A stretch of DNA of 64,000 nucleotides. Source: an uncultured virus (IMG/VR IMGVR_UViG_3300029305_001143). Lineage: Duplodnaviria > Heunggongvirae > Uroviricota > Caudoviricetes. Location: IMG/VR virus record IMGVR_UViG_3300029305_001143; one strand, written 5' to 3'. Of this stretch, positions 1-9,458 are shown one piece after another. A program made the translations under genes and the position numbers. Position 1 is the stretch's first letter, and each line of letters begins with the position of its first letter. Under the pieces are notes generated by a model, which saw only the letters and a list, made by a program, of their open reading frames with translations, was not told the DNA's origin and ran no database searches.

Positions 1-101
1 GATACTATCAGGAGCTCACACTCTTCAGGAGCACAATTACCACTAGTTTTTATCTGTTGGTAAGAACACTCTGAGAGATTACACGCTACACATCTCTGCA
101 T
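1..101 (-). CDS. 5' fragment of a gene running off the window; possibly the Cys-rich UDG-like N-terminal domain of a phage DNA polymerase
   Basis: Read by hand: ATG at 101, MQRCVACNLSECSYQQIKTSGNCAPEECELLIV. The CxxCxL...G...LLIV pattern resembles family-4 UDG-like N-termini. It overlaps the end of the upstream kinase. Only 33 codons are visible. Confidence 0.4.
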   Translation of the reverse strand, partial: MQRCVACNLSECSYQQIKTSGNCAPEECELLIV

Positions 102-780
102 CATCTAAATCCTGCACCTCCATATCCTCCGCCAACTCACATCTCAGAGACTTAGGATCTACTTCACAATTCTTATCAGGGTGTCTGCAATAGCCATAGC
201 TATGATGACCACAACCCTCACACGTCTCAGAGAGTCTAGACAAACTATCATCATACTGATTCTCGAAGACAATATACTCTACTCCTGCTTCCTTGAAGCA
301 GATCTCATACTTCCGAGTATAGTTTAGAGCTTCCAGCCACATACACTCTAAGTCATCCTCGTCAAGATACTTCGTGAATCTACTCCTCTGGAATCTTTTA
401 TAACTTTCTTCATCACAAGTTACCAAGATATGGAGTACCTTCATATCTCTAAGCATCTTAGGATAATCTCTTGCTATCTCTAAATCATCATTGTACACAG
501 CACCACTAATAACTCCTCTATCAAAGAGCATAGCACAGGAACCTGAACTATGGTGGAAATGACTGAAGATATCCCAGAAGAATCCAGATACTTTCCATCT
601 ATCAGGCTGATGATGACTATACTTCTGCCAGAGATTATAGTCTGGACGGTAAGGTGTCACTTTGAGCACCTCAGATAATTTGTTCAGTACTCTACCCTTA
701 CCTACTCCATCATATCCTTCTACTACGATAGCATCGTAGCATAGCTTACTATTCTCGATTAATCTAATGAGATCTTCCAT
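79..780 (-). CDS. Nucleoside monophosphate kinase-like (thymidylate kinase fold) with a C-terminal Cys-rich tail
   Basis: P-loop VEGYDGVGKG, LFDRG motif, C-terminal CEGC..YCRHP..C..C. Start placed at ATG 780 behind GAGGAGG. Confidence 0.7.
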   Translation of the reverse strand: MEDLIRLIENSKLCYDAIVVEGYDGVGKGRVLNKLSEVLKVTPYRPDYNLWQKYSHHQPDRWKVSGFFWDIFSHFHHSSGSCAMLFDRGVISGAVYNDDLEIARDYPKMLRDMKVLHILVTCDEESYKRFQRSRFTKYLDEDDLECMWLEALNYTRKYEICFKEAGVEYIVFENQYDDSLSRLSETCEGCGHHSYGYCRHPDKNCEVDPKSLRCELAEDMEVQDLDDAEMCSV

Positions 781-799
781 ATAGCCTCCTCCTCTCACT

Positions 800-835
800 A
801 ATAAGAAACGTGGTGGAAGTTATAGATAACCTAAG
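800..835 (-). promoter_or_regulatory. Class B phage promoter motif
   Basis: CTTAGGTTAT-N13-CACGTTTCTTATT directly upstream of the kinase RBS. Confidence 0.55.
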
Positions 836-1428
836 TTTTGTAGATCACGTATGATAAATAGTGCTGCTTCTGTCTGATCTGAAGTATCAAGAGCTATAGC
901 ATTCTTGAGATTCTTGAATACTTCATAATATTGAAGCTCTATAGTTCTATTACCTTTGACACTATATATCTTATGGTCAGAACGGAACTTCTGCTTGACT
1001 ACTTTACTCTCATCATACTCCGTAATATAAATCCTGTCCACACTATCACGGAACTTTACGATACGCTCGATCATCTCAGCTTGCAGGTCTAATATAGCTC
1101 TGGAGCACCACATACTGACCATAGAATATGTTAGCAGGTCTACCCAGCAGCAATCCAAGAATACAAGATGATCCGTATCTTTGTACTTTTCTAGGTACTC
1201 CTCATAGTACTCCAGCACTTTAATAAGATACACACAGATGAAATCACTATCTCTGACTATCTCATCATAGCTACTAAATATGCCTTGATCTACTAGATTA
1301 GACCAGACAGTATTATACAAATCTGGACTGAAGACAACTCCAGAGGTCTCAGGATATATACTTAGGTAGTCTACTAATGAAGTCTTTCCTGTCTGAGCAG
1401 GACCTGATATTGCTACGAACTTAGCCAT
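820..1428 (-). CDS. P-loop nucleotide/nucleoside kinase-like (AAA_28/NadR-like)
   Basis: N-terminal ISGPAQTGKT, and LVFLDCCWVDLLTYS in the DR..D..Y position. Confidence 0.65.
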   Translation of the reverse strand: MAKFVAISGPAQTGKTSLVDYLSIYPETSGVVFSPDLYNTVWSNLVDQGIFSSYDEIVRDSDFICVYLIKVLEYYEEYLEKYKDTDHLVFLDCCWVDLLTYSMVSMWCSRAILDLQAEMIERIVKFRDSVDRIYITEYDESKVVKQKFRSDHKIYSVKGNRTIELQYYEVFKNLKNAIALDTSDQTEAALFIIRDLQNLGYL

Positions 1429-1440
1429 GATAAAATCTCC

Positions 1441-1480
1441 TTAAAAGAATAAGGGAGAGCTATAGGCAGCTCTCCCTTTT
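1441..1480. terminator. Intrinsic terminator-like hairpin
   Basis: AAGGGAGAGCT / AGCTCTCCCTT stem flanked by A- and T-rich tracts, just after the ThyX-like stop. Confidence 0.7.
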
Positions 1481-1484
1481 GATA

Positions 1485-2555
1485 TTAGAAAGGATCTACT
1501 ATAGGTCTATCGAAAGGACCTAACTTATCAGGATTTTCTCTATCCCAACCGAGCACAATCAGATACTTGTCCTGCCAAATCTGAATGTACAGGGACTTAA
1601 GATAATCATAGAACTCAATGTCAGTATGCTTAGGCATGGAATATCCTTTATAAGCCAACCAGAGAGGATCGCAAGGAATCTTATCACGACCACTGTAACG
1701 ATCTTCATTATCAGCATTCATGATATAACCAGTGACTACATACTCTTCGAAATCAGTCTTAGTCACTTCTACCATAGGCTTACCGATGAATGGAGATACG
1801 ATATCGAAGAGTCCTACTCTCCTTAATTCCTGACAGATACCTGCTACGATAGGCAACCACAGAGAAGCCTGAGCAATCCAGTCACATCTCTTATTCAGAA
1901 TAGTAATAAGAGTACGGATAGGAACCATCCAATAGACACGGTGAGTATGTCCCTGCGGTTGCAGTCTGATGTCCTCCATAGGTACACCACACTCGTCAAC
2001 CAAGAAACGATAAGTATCACGAATATAATCCACACACTCGTTATACTTAGACACAGCTTTCTCGCCACCGATGATACGAATGCTGTCATTCATGTTCACA
2101 TCCATTGTAGTCATGTCCATGATACGAGTACTCATGGTCCAGAATTGCTGAGAGATACGACCTCTGACTAACTGCTCTCTCCAGGCTACATTAGCATCAT
2201 CGATCTGAATATTGAAGTGTACTGCTTCACCTGCTGGGACATTAGACTCGATAACCTTACGAGCGATAGAGAGAATAACATTGACGTAGTTGTCACCACT
2301 TTCACCTGCGTACTCAGGATACCACTGACAGATAGTATCAGCGACTCTACGCATCTTTGGAGTCAACCACTTATCAGAGATACCTACCTCATACAGTCTC
2401 TGGATCTCTTCAGGACTCATGATATCTGGATAACGAGTACCACTCCATACACAGAAGAGAGTACCGATAGGATTCTCAGTCTTACTAATAATCTTGATTT
2501 TCGGACGAATAGGTCCTGTGAATGAATTCTGGACCATACGCTCAGACTTTGCCAT
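1485..2555 (-). CDS. Divergent flavin-dependent thymidylate synthase (ThyX/Thy1) family protein
   Basis: REQLVRGR-x8-STR (canonical RHR-x7-SxR), EDIRLQPQG, and LNKRCDWIAQ matching the ThyX LR...AQ segment. Confidence 0.65.
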   Translation of the reverse strand: MAKSERMVQNSFTGPIRPKIKIISKTENPIGTLFCVWSGTRYPDIMSPEEIQRLYEVGISDKWLTPKMRRVADTICQWYPEYAGESGDNYVNVILSIARKVIESNVPAGEAVHFNIQIDDANVAWREQLVRGRISQQFWTMSTRIMDMTTMDVNMNDSIRIIGGEKAVSKYNECVDYIRDTYRFLVDECGVPMEDIRLQPQGHTHRVYWMVPIRTLITILNKRCDWIAQASLWLPIVAGICQELRRVGLFDIVSPFIGKPMVEVTKTDFEEYVVTGYIMNADNEDRYSGRDKIPCDPLWLAYKGYSMPKHTDIEFYDYLKSLYIQIWQDKYLIVLGWDRENPDKLGPFDRPIVDPF

Positions 2556-2599
2556 GTTACCTTTCCTCCTTAGATGTAATATTCCACGATGTTCGTCAT

Positions 2600-2635
2600 A
2601 ATAAGAAACGCAAGAAAGTGTAATGTTGAGCTACT
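2600..2635 (-). promoter_or_regulatory. Class B phage promoter motif
   Basis: AGTAGCTCAA-N13-TGCGTTTCTTATT upstream of the ThyX-like gene. Confidence 0.65.
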
Positions 2636-2637
2636 TA

Positions 2638-3669
2638 TTAGAAGAGTCCTATGAACTCGTCATATTCCACAGAGTCTCGAATATGTTGTAATACCTCTGC
2701 TCTTGACATGTCCGCAGCATCTGCTTTAGGTCCATACCTGTCTGTAGTTATCTGGACTACTCTGACTTTAGCACCTCTATCGTGCAGATACTGTGCTGTC
2801 TCTCTAGCTTCCAGAGAAGCATCCTTGTCATAGAATATGATATACTGCTGGAACTTCTTAGATAATAGCTTCTCTCCTTGACTAGTCACTCTTACCTCAC
2901 TACTCGAATTCTTCGCTACCGACTTACCATAAGTAGCACATGCAGCAATCTTACCTAGTGCTGCATTCACTGCTATGGATGTAAATACTCCTTCGCATAT
3001 GACTACATATGGAGTGTCTATGATATCTAGTGACCAGACATCCTCAGAAGCTACAGATAATTCTTTAGGAGGATTCAGATACTTAGCAGCTTTGTCTCCT
3101 ATATAGTCTCTAGCTACGTAGAATGATATCAATCCATCTTTCCTCAAGGATGGTACTAATATTCTACCACTATAGTCCCTACCAATATACTCTACGTTAC
3201 CTATGTTGAACTTCTCTCCATACCTATTGATACCTTCCCTCATACCTAATGCGTGTATGAATCCGTGAGAAACTCCTCTGTTGAGTAGGTACTGGTAAGC
3301 TTGGATTGATAATTCTTTCGTATGCAGTGTATAGTATTCCGTCAGAGCTTCCAAACTAGTACTATATTCCAATATCTGCTCGGATTTCTTAGACTTCTTC
3401 CTATCTATTATCATATCTAACTCTTTATCTTTATCACTATATAATCTTCCGTAATCGTAAGATATATCAATATGGAGAGCTCTAAGGAGACTCTCCATAC
3501 GTTTACCTCCCATACTGCACTTAAAGCAATGCCAATACCCTTTGTCGTAGTTCACGTACATGTGACCACTACCAGTATCCCCTTCGCAGTAAGGGCACCT
3601 ATATATAACATCATTATTCGACTTACCTACAGGCTCTAACTTTCGTTCTACGAGACTCTGAAAGTCCAT
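2638..3669 (-). CDS. DNA primase
   Basis: N-terminal zinc finger CPYC...HCFKC, KYLNP, TOPRIM ICEG, YDKD and DAAD; adjacent to the helicase. Confidence 0.9.
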   Translation of the reverse strand: MDFQSLVERKLEPVGKSNNDVIYRCPYCEGDTGSGHMYVNYDKGYWHCFKCSMGGKRMESLLRALHIDISYDYGRLYSDKDKELDMIIDRKKSKKSEQILEYSTSLEALTEYYTLHTKELSIQAYQYLLNRGVSHGFIHALGMREGINRYGEKFNIGNVEYIGRDYSGRILVPSLRKDGLISFYVARDYIGDKAAKYLNPPKELSVASEDVWSLDIIDTPYVVICEGVFTSIAVNAALGKIAACATYGKSVAKNSSSEVRVTSQGEKLLSKKFQQYIIFYDKDASLEARETAQYLHDRGAKVRVVQITTDRYGPKADAADMSRAEVLQHIRDSVEYDEFIGLF

Positions 3670-3767
3670 CTGCTCACCTCTAAGAAACTCTCAATAATAT
3701 AATTAATACAATCAACAGGAATATGATTACTATCTCAGACACTACCAGAACCTACCTCCTATTAAGA

Positions 3768-5171
3768 TTACTCTGCAAAAGTGTTCTTGGTAGGCTTAGT
3801 AGGATCATTACCAGGTTGATAATTATTCATAGTAGCAATACCATTGCTACTAGTTTGTGCTGCTGTATTACGAGATACGTAAGACTCCTTAGCAAACATT
3901 CTCTCATAATCAATCAGGAGATCAACTGTGAAATCAGATCTACCACGTCTCATTTTAGGAACATACATCTGATAGGATGTATCACTCTTCTTAGTCATCG
4001 TAATCATACCATCGATGATATGCTGCTTCATAGAAGATTCTGCTAAGCTGGAAAGTCCTGCTACTCCGTCAGAATCCCAGAACTCAATCTTAGGCTGAGA
4101 TGCTGTCCAACCTACTAGCTTTAATTCTTCGCAGATATTCTTCATCTTCTTATAAAGTTCACCGAGAGCTTCATAAGAATTCATCATATCATTTCTACGA
4201 CAGTTATCAATATAGTCTACCACGAAGATGGCAGGTTTAATACCTCTTCGTATCATATTCTTAGTAATGAAGGATCTGATATCCGCTATGCTAGGTCCAT
4301 CAATAGGATAAGCTCCTATGATAAGATTACCTAGATTGAAGTTACTCTTCAGGTAATTCCAAGACTCCAGATACTGAGCAGAGTTCAACATAATCTGAGA
4401 CATAGGTACTCCTGTCAATCTAGCACAATATCTCAGAACACCATCAGCTTCAGTATTATCACCTACTAGGATATGAATTACATCTTTACCTTGCAGTAGA
4501 GCTGAAGCTCCAATATTCACTAGCAGAGTAGACTTACCACGACCTGGAGGAGCAGATACTACATACATCTCTCCAGGTAGTGGTCCACCTGCCATATGAG
4601 CATTGTCGAATGTAGGGATACCTGTCTTCACTATAGAACCTTTATCATAACGATTCTGACTCTGCATGAACTCCAGAGGATTATCAGCTACATCCGAGAA
4701 CAATACGCCATCAGTGTCTCTTGCCTTGATAGTGATAGCTTTCTCTATACTCTCATGGATATTCTCATAATCTCTCTCAGAGAGGTCATCACCTTTATCC
4801 TTGATAGTCTTCGCTGCATCTATAATAGCATCTGTCAGCTTATTAGTAGTAGCAAACTTGATGAAATTATCTCTGACATAATCTAAGTTGTAATTTATAC
4901 GATAGCACTCCTGCAATATCTCTATCGCATACTGCTTCATAGACTCATCGATACCGTACCTAGTGCAATATCTACCTAAGTCAGAATACATCTCCTCCTG
5001 AGTAGGTAGCTTATTATACTTTTTAGTATAATCTATATACACATTGATACAAATCTTACAACTAGATGTAGCGAACATTGTGTCATCTATGATAGAGCTA
5101 TACTGAGCATAGAAAGACTCTTCTCTCAGAAAAGCTGCGACAACTAATTTCTCTAATGTATGATCAAGCAT
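3768..5171 (-). CDS. Replicative DnaB-like (T4 gp41-type) helicase
   Basis: Walker A APPGRGKS, Walker B VVDYID, WTASQ, KMRRG arginine finger. GTG start. Confidence 0.9.
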   Translation of the reverse strand: MLDHTLEKLVVAAFLREESFYAQYSSIIDDTMFATSSCKICINVYIDYTKKYNKLPTQEEMYSDLGRYCTRYGIDESMKQYAIEILQECYRINYNLDYVRDNFIKFATTNKLTDAIIDAAKTIKDKGDDLSERDYENIHESIEKAITIKARDTDGVLFSDVADNPLEFMQSQNRYDKGSIVKTGIPTFDNAHMAGGPLPGEMYVVSAPPGRGKSTLLVNIGASALLQGKDVIHILVGDNTEADGVLRYCARLTGVPMSQIMLNSAQYLESWNYLKSNFNLGNLIIGAYPIDGPSIADIRSFITKNMIRRGIKPAIFVVDYIDNCRRNDMMNSYEALGELYKKMKNICEELKLVGWTASQPKIEFWDSDGVAGLSSLAESSMKQHIIDGMITMTKKSDTSYQMYVPKMRRGRSDFTVDLLIDYERMFAKESYVSRNTAAQTSSNGIATMNNYQPGNDPTKPTKNTFAE

Positions 5172-5200
5172 ATTACCACAACTTTCTTCTTATCATTCAG

Positions 5201-5236
5201 AATAAGAAACGTGACGACACTGATAGTTAGCCTTAG
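5201..5236 (-). promoter_or_regulatory. Class B phage promoter motif
   Basis: CTAAGGCTAA-N13-CACGTTTCTTATT upstream of the DnaB-like gene. Confidence 0.6.
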
Positions 5237-6765
5237 TTCGATGGAGGAGACAATTCATTCAAAGCTTGCTGGATACTACTTACATCATGCAAATAGTAGA
5301 CAGGCATACCTATTTCATCATACAGCTCTTTCCGTCTCTTGAAGTGAGACTTAGTGACTACATTGAACTGATCTCTGAAGTCTATGATGAAAGCTGTATT
5401 ATCTCCAGCTTTAGGTCTCAGAGCTCTCCCTAAGCGTTGTACTACTTTAAGGCGACCCTTGCCACCACCTGCTAGTATGACAGCGGATAAAGAAGGTATA
5501 TCTACTCCCTCATCTAGAGTAGAAGTACCTACTAGAGCATCTATCTTGCCATCATTGAAATCTCTGATGACCATATTGTCATTGTCTACATACTTATCTA
5601 GGATACGACCATCCATGAATATATTGATAGTCCTACCTCCAGTCATCATATAGACATTATATCCTAGCTTCGATATAGCTTTAGCTAACTCCTGACCATG
5701 AGCTATCTGCTGGACTAGTATCAGAGGTCTCTTACCTTCATTAATGAGAGTAGCAGAGATATCACGAATAAGCTCATTTCTCAAAGTATTATTCACGATA
5801 CCATTTTTATTCACTACTTTCCAGTCTATCACCTGCAGGATATTACCTTTGTACTTAGTATCGATAGCTAATACATAAGGCTTAGCTAAGTAACCATGTT
5901 CTACTAGATAGTCCATAGTGACTCTATGGATTACAGGACCTAATAATCCTCTCAGAACTAGATCACTAACAATATGGTTCTTGTCTCTATGGAAAGGCTC
6001 AGCTGAGAATCCTAGTAGATATTCAGGAGCTACTCTATCTATCAGGGTACTCCAAGTCCTACACTTACTATGATGAGCTTCATCCATCATCAAGCAACCT
6101 ACACTAGAGAGCCACAGCATATAATCATCATGCTGGTCTAATCTCTTGTAAGCAGACTGGACTGTTGAGATAGCTACTCTCCTAGTAACATCAATCTTGT
6201 TACCATCACCTAGCATAGATATCTCATCATCTGGGATACCTCTTGCTATCATACGATCATAAGTCTGATACAATAGATTAGTGGTAGGTACGCATAGAAG
6301 AATATTCATCCCCGTAGAATCTAATAGGAGTCTAGTTACTCCTATCATCATCTCAGTTTTACCTCCACCTGTATGTACCTGTATGATACCTCTCTTATGA
6401 GCTAGAGCTGAAGAGATTCCCTCTGTCTGGTACTCACGAAGAGAGATACCTTCCAGGATATCCTTATCTATCTCAGGATACTCCGCAGACATCAACTCTT
6501 GAGGAACTTCATTATTACAAGAGATACCTAGAGAGTAAGTTTCCTTCAGTATGATATTTATCAACCCATGGACTATATAGTGACTAGAGAGATATTCATC
6601 ATAGAAGATGATACTATCTACTTCATCTTCATCATCTCTACCATAGCTATTCTCAGGAGGAGCATATTTGTTGTCAAGAGAGAAGATTAACCTACTCATC
6701 TCTTGAGGAGACTCCTCTTCTAAGTATACTCGAAGAGGATGATCTGGTAGTGCATAGAATCTCAT
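5233..6765 (-). CDS. Superfamily 2 DEAH helicase (UvsW-like)
   Basis: LREYQ, HTGGGKT, DEAHH, DEGVDIP, QRLGRALR. Confidence 0.9.
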   Translation of the reverse strand: MRFYALPDHPLRVYLEEESPQEMSRLIFSLDNKYAPPENSYGRDDEDEVDSIIFYDEYLSSHYIVHGLINIILKETYSLGISCNNEVPQELMSAEYPEIDKDILEGISLREYQTEGISSALAHKRGIIQVHTGGGKTEMMIGVTRLLLDSTGMNILLCVPTTNLLYQTYDRMIARGIPDDEISMLGDGNKIDVTRRVAISTVQSAYKRLDQHDDYMLWLSSVGCLMMDEAHHSKCRTWSTLIDRVAPEYLLGFSAEPFHRDKNHIVSDLVLRGLLGPVIHRVTMDYLVEHGYLAKPYVLAIDTKYKGNILQVIDWKVVNKNGIVNNTLRNELIRDISATLINEGKRPLILVQQIAHGQELAKAISKLGYNVYMMTGGRTINIFMDGRILDKYVDNDNMVIRDFNDGKIDALVGTSTLDEGVDIPSLSAVILAGGGKGRLKVVQRLGRALRPKAGDNTAFIIDFRDQFNVVTKSHFKRRKELYDEIGMPVYYLHDVSSIQQALNELSPPSN

Positions 6766-6771
6766 GAGATC

Positions 6772-7614
6772 TCACATAGAGTCCATCTGTGATATATCGA
6801 ACTTAGGGATAGACTCTAATCCTCCTCTTTTCACTTGTTGTAGGAAGCTCTGCAATTCCTCAGTACCTCTGATATGAGTGAGGAGAGATACTAGCAGCAT
6901 GACATTGATACCATAGCCATAGTCAGAGTAAGTGACTACAGGGATTCCTCTAGCATAAGCTTGCCCGATCATCCAAGATACGATAGTCTTCCTATCATCG
7001 ATGACAGCGATCATATACTGCACATCTCTGAAGATATCATCGATATTAGCATAGATCTGCTTGTGGTCTTCATACACCCAACGGATATTAGCTCCGCTCT
7101 CTACTACATAAGATGCAATCTTACTATCCACATCAGGGACACCTGCACCTACTAGCAGAACCTTTGAGCTAGGAGTAGTAGGCTTCACATAGACTTCCAG
7201 GAAGGCATCCAATGAGCTATAGTTGTAAAGAATACACTCGAACCCATCCATGATACCGAAGAATCTCTGAGAGATATTCTCTTTACTCAGAGCGAATCCT
7301 ACTACGGGAATGTTGTGAGCCATAGCATATCCGATCTCATAGATAGTACCTGGATCATTGTAGCTATCGATACTATCGATATTAGCTACTACCAAGTCAG
7401 CTCCTTCGATATGCTGGATATTGTCCTTGAAGATATTCTCACGGAGAGTAGTATCATGCTTCTGGTTAGGAGGTAGCATGAATCCGTCTCTACGAGGAGA
7501 GTAGAGATTAACCTTAGGATGCTTAGACAACATAGACTCCAAGCAATCCAGGATATCTCTAGTTCTCTCCGTGAACCATCCTCCTGCAAGGTAAATGGAT
7601 ACTTTATTATTCAT
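6772..7614 (-). CDS. Nucleoside 2'-deoxyribosyltransferase / nucleotide N-glycosidase family, tandem domains
   Basis: IYLAGGWF, YSPR, DPGTIYEIGYA in domain 1, and a second degenerate copy VSWMIGQAYARGIPVV. Start placed at ATG 7614 behind AAAGGGTG. Confidence 0.8.
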   Translation of the reverse strand: MNNKVSIYLAGGWFTERTRDILDCLESMLSKHPKVNLYSPRRDGFMLPPNQKHDTTLRENIFKDNIQHIEGADLVVANIDSIDSYNDPGTIYEIGYAMAHNIPVVGFALSKENISQRFFGIMDGFECILYNYSSLDAFLEVYVKPTTPSSKVLLVGAGVPDVDSKIASYVVESGANIRWVYEDHKQIYANIDDIFRDVQYMIAVIDDRKTIVSWMIGQAYARGIPVVTYSDYGYGINVMLLVSLLTHIRGTEELQSFLQQVKRGGLESIPKFDISQMDSM

Positions 7615-7644
7615 AGTTGACACCCTTTCAATCAATCTTCACAT

Positions 7645-7680
7645 TATTATAAACGTGAGATTTTCAGAGATTGAGCTACT
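7645..7680 (-). promoter_or_regulatory. Class B phage promoter motif
   Basis: AGTAGCTCAA-N13-CACGTTTATAATA upstream of the NDT-like gene. Confidence 0.65.
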
Positions 7681-9458
7681 AATGTGATATTACCTTCATC
7701 GACTTGCTTGATATAGGATAGTCTGGAGCGTAGAGCCCACTCTCCAAGCGATACCAGTCTCTTACTCGAACCCCTCTTCAAAGAGATATCCTCTAGAGTG
7801 TCTGTAGCTAGGATATCAACTAGAGAATCACTTCTGAATTTGTTATCCATCCTACTCATGACATCAGCAGTCACTGCGATCAGTCCTTGACTATCATAGA
7901 AGACATAGTACTTGAAGTCGGCAGATACTACAATCTTGTCAGACAAGTCCATATCGAGTAGCTCAGTCGCATGTACTTTCTGATACTTGTTATCCCTAGT
8001 AGCTACATAATAGATGGAAGAAGGCTTAGCTTTAATCAAGATATCATTGTACTTGATCTCGATGAATTCTTGTACATCATCGATATGAGTTGCTCTCTTC
8101 GTCTCATCTTTATACTCTTTCAGAAGAGACTTAATGTCTAACTGGATCTTGTAAATAGGATCCTCCAGATATTTCTGATATTCCTCGATCTGCTTCAAGA
8201 GTTCCTTCCTCTTCATCAGGAGCTTCTCAGCATTATCTTTCATCATACTAGAGAGTGAAGAAGATACGATACGGAGAGCGATATCCTTAGTAGCTCCATA
8301 TCTCACTACGATATCTGCTACAACCTCATCACGAGACTTGTCAAACATAGTACGGATGTAATCCTTATCCTGTTTGAACTTCAGCAGAACATCAATGAAC
8401 TTCACTTCTTCCTCATGCTTCTGGATGAGGTCTTGATACTTCCTTAGGATATACTGAGTCTTAGCTTCGATGAAGTCATCGTACAGTTCAGCTAGCTTAT
8501 AGCACTTAATCTGTCCATTGTGCTCAATATACATACGATAACCCATAGAGCTGACGAGTCTATCCTCTACGGACTCTAAGATATCCTTCCTATTAGACAG
8601 AAATACATAGCGAATCCCTTCTTTAGATTCATTACGTAACTCCAGATCTCCTGCTTCTACAGCTTCAAGGATATGAGCAGTCTCCAGTCTACTCTTCCTG
8701 AAGTCTGGAGGGAATGCATCTACTACGAGAGCTAACTTACCATCAATACTCTCGTAGTGAGTCTTAGCCTTATACTGGATGGATCCTTCTCCTGTCCTGT
8801 ACAACTTCTCAATATCCTTCTTAGGAGTCATGATGATAGACTCCTCGCAAGTCTCAGGACTAATGAGAGACAAGTACTTGTCAGAGGTAGGATTCTTGAT
8901 ATAGGCTAGCAAGGACTGACATACATCTCTGATAGTATGAGTAGGAACATTAGTAGAAATACCTACTGCGATACCTGAAGATCCTGTGAGTAGAGATCCT
9001 GGTATAGGAGGATAATAACGAGTAATCTCCTTCAGACGACCATCATAGTTATCCTCTCTATCTGCGTAGTCTGAAGAATTCAGATAGAACTTCTCACAGA
9101 ACTCAGTCAACCTACACTCGATATATCGACTAGCAGCTACTGAGTTAGGATTGTCAGGTGAGCCATAGTTTCCCTGACCTTCGAATAGAGGATATCTAGT
9201 CTTAAAAGGCTGAGCTAAGATTACAGGAGAAGCTCCTCCGTGGGGGTGATAATCACCCATGACCTGACCTTCCAACTTAGCTACCTTCAGGAATTTCTTG
9301 TTGTGATACAGCTTCAAGTCATCTGCTGCATTAATGCATCTTCTATGTACAGGCTTCAACCCGTCTACTAGATTCCCGATAGATCTAGAAGTAGCTACAT
9401 ACTTAGCATACGATGCAGTATACTCAGAGGCTATATCCTTCGCATAATGATTACTCAA
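7647..9458 (-). CDS. Type IIA DNA topoisomerase subunit A (GyrA/ParC-like)
   Basis: DGLKPVHRR, YHPHG, GQGNYGS, catalytic AASRY, GIAVGISTNVP. Confidence 0.95.
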   Translation of the reverse strand: MSNHYAKDIASEYTASYAKYVATSRSIGNLVDGLKPVHRRCINAADDLKLYHNKKFLKVAKLEGQVMGDYHPHGGASPVILAQPFKTRYPLFEGQGNYGSPDNPNSVAASRYIECRLTEFCEKFYLNSSDYADREDNYDGRLKEITRYYPPIPGSLLTGSSGIAVGISTNVPTHTIRDVCQSLLAYIKNPTSDKYLSLISPETCEESIIMTPKKDIEKLYRTGEGSIQYKAKTHYESIDGKLALVVDAFPPDFRKSRLETAHILEAVEAGDLELRNESKEGIRYVFLSNRKDILESVEDRLVSSMGYRMYIEHNGQIKCYKLAELYDDFIEAKTQYILRKYQDLIQKHEEEVKFIDVLLKFKQDKDYIRTMFDKSRDEVVADIVVRYGATKDIALRIVSSSLSSMMKDNAEKLLMKRKELLKQIEEYQKYLEDPIYKIQLDIKSLLKEYKDETKRATHIDDVQEFIEIKYNDILIKAKPSSIYYVATRDNKYQKVHATELLDMDLSDKIVVSADFKYYVFYDSQGLIAVTADVMSRMDNKFRSDSLVDILATDTLEDISLKRGSSKRLVSLGEWALRSRLSYIKQVDEGNITLVAQSLKISRL

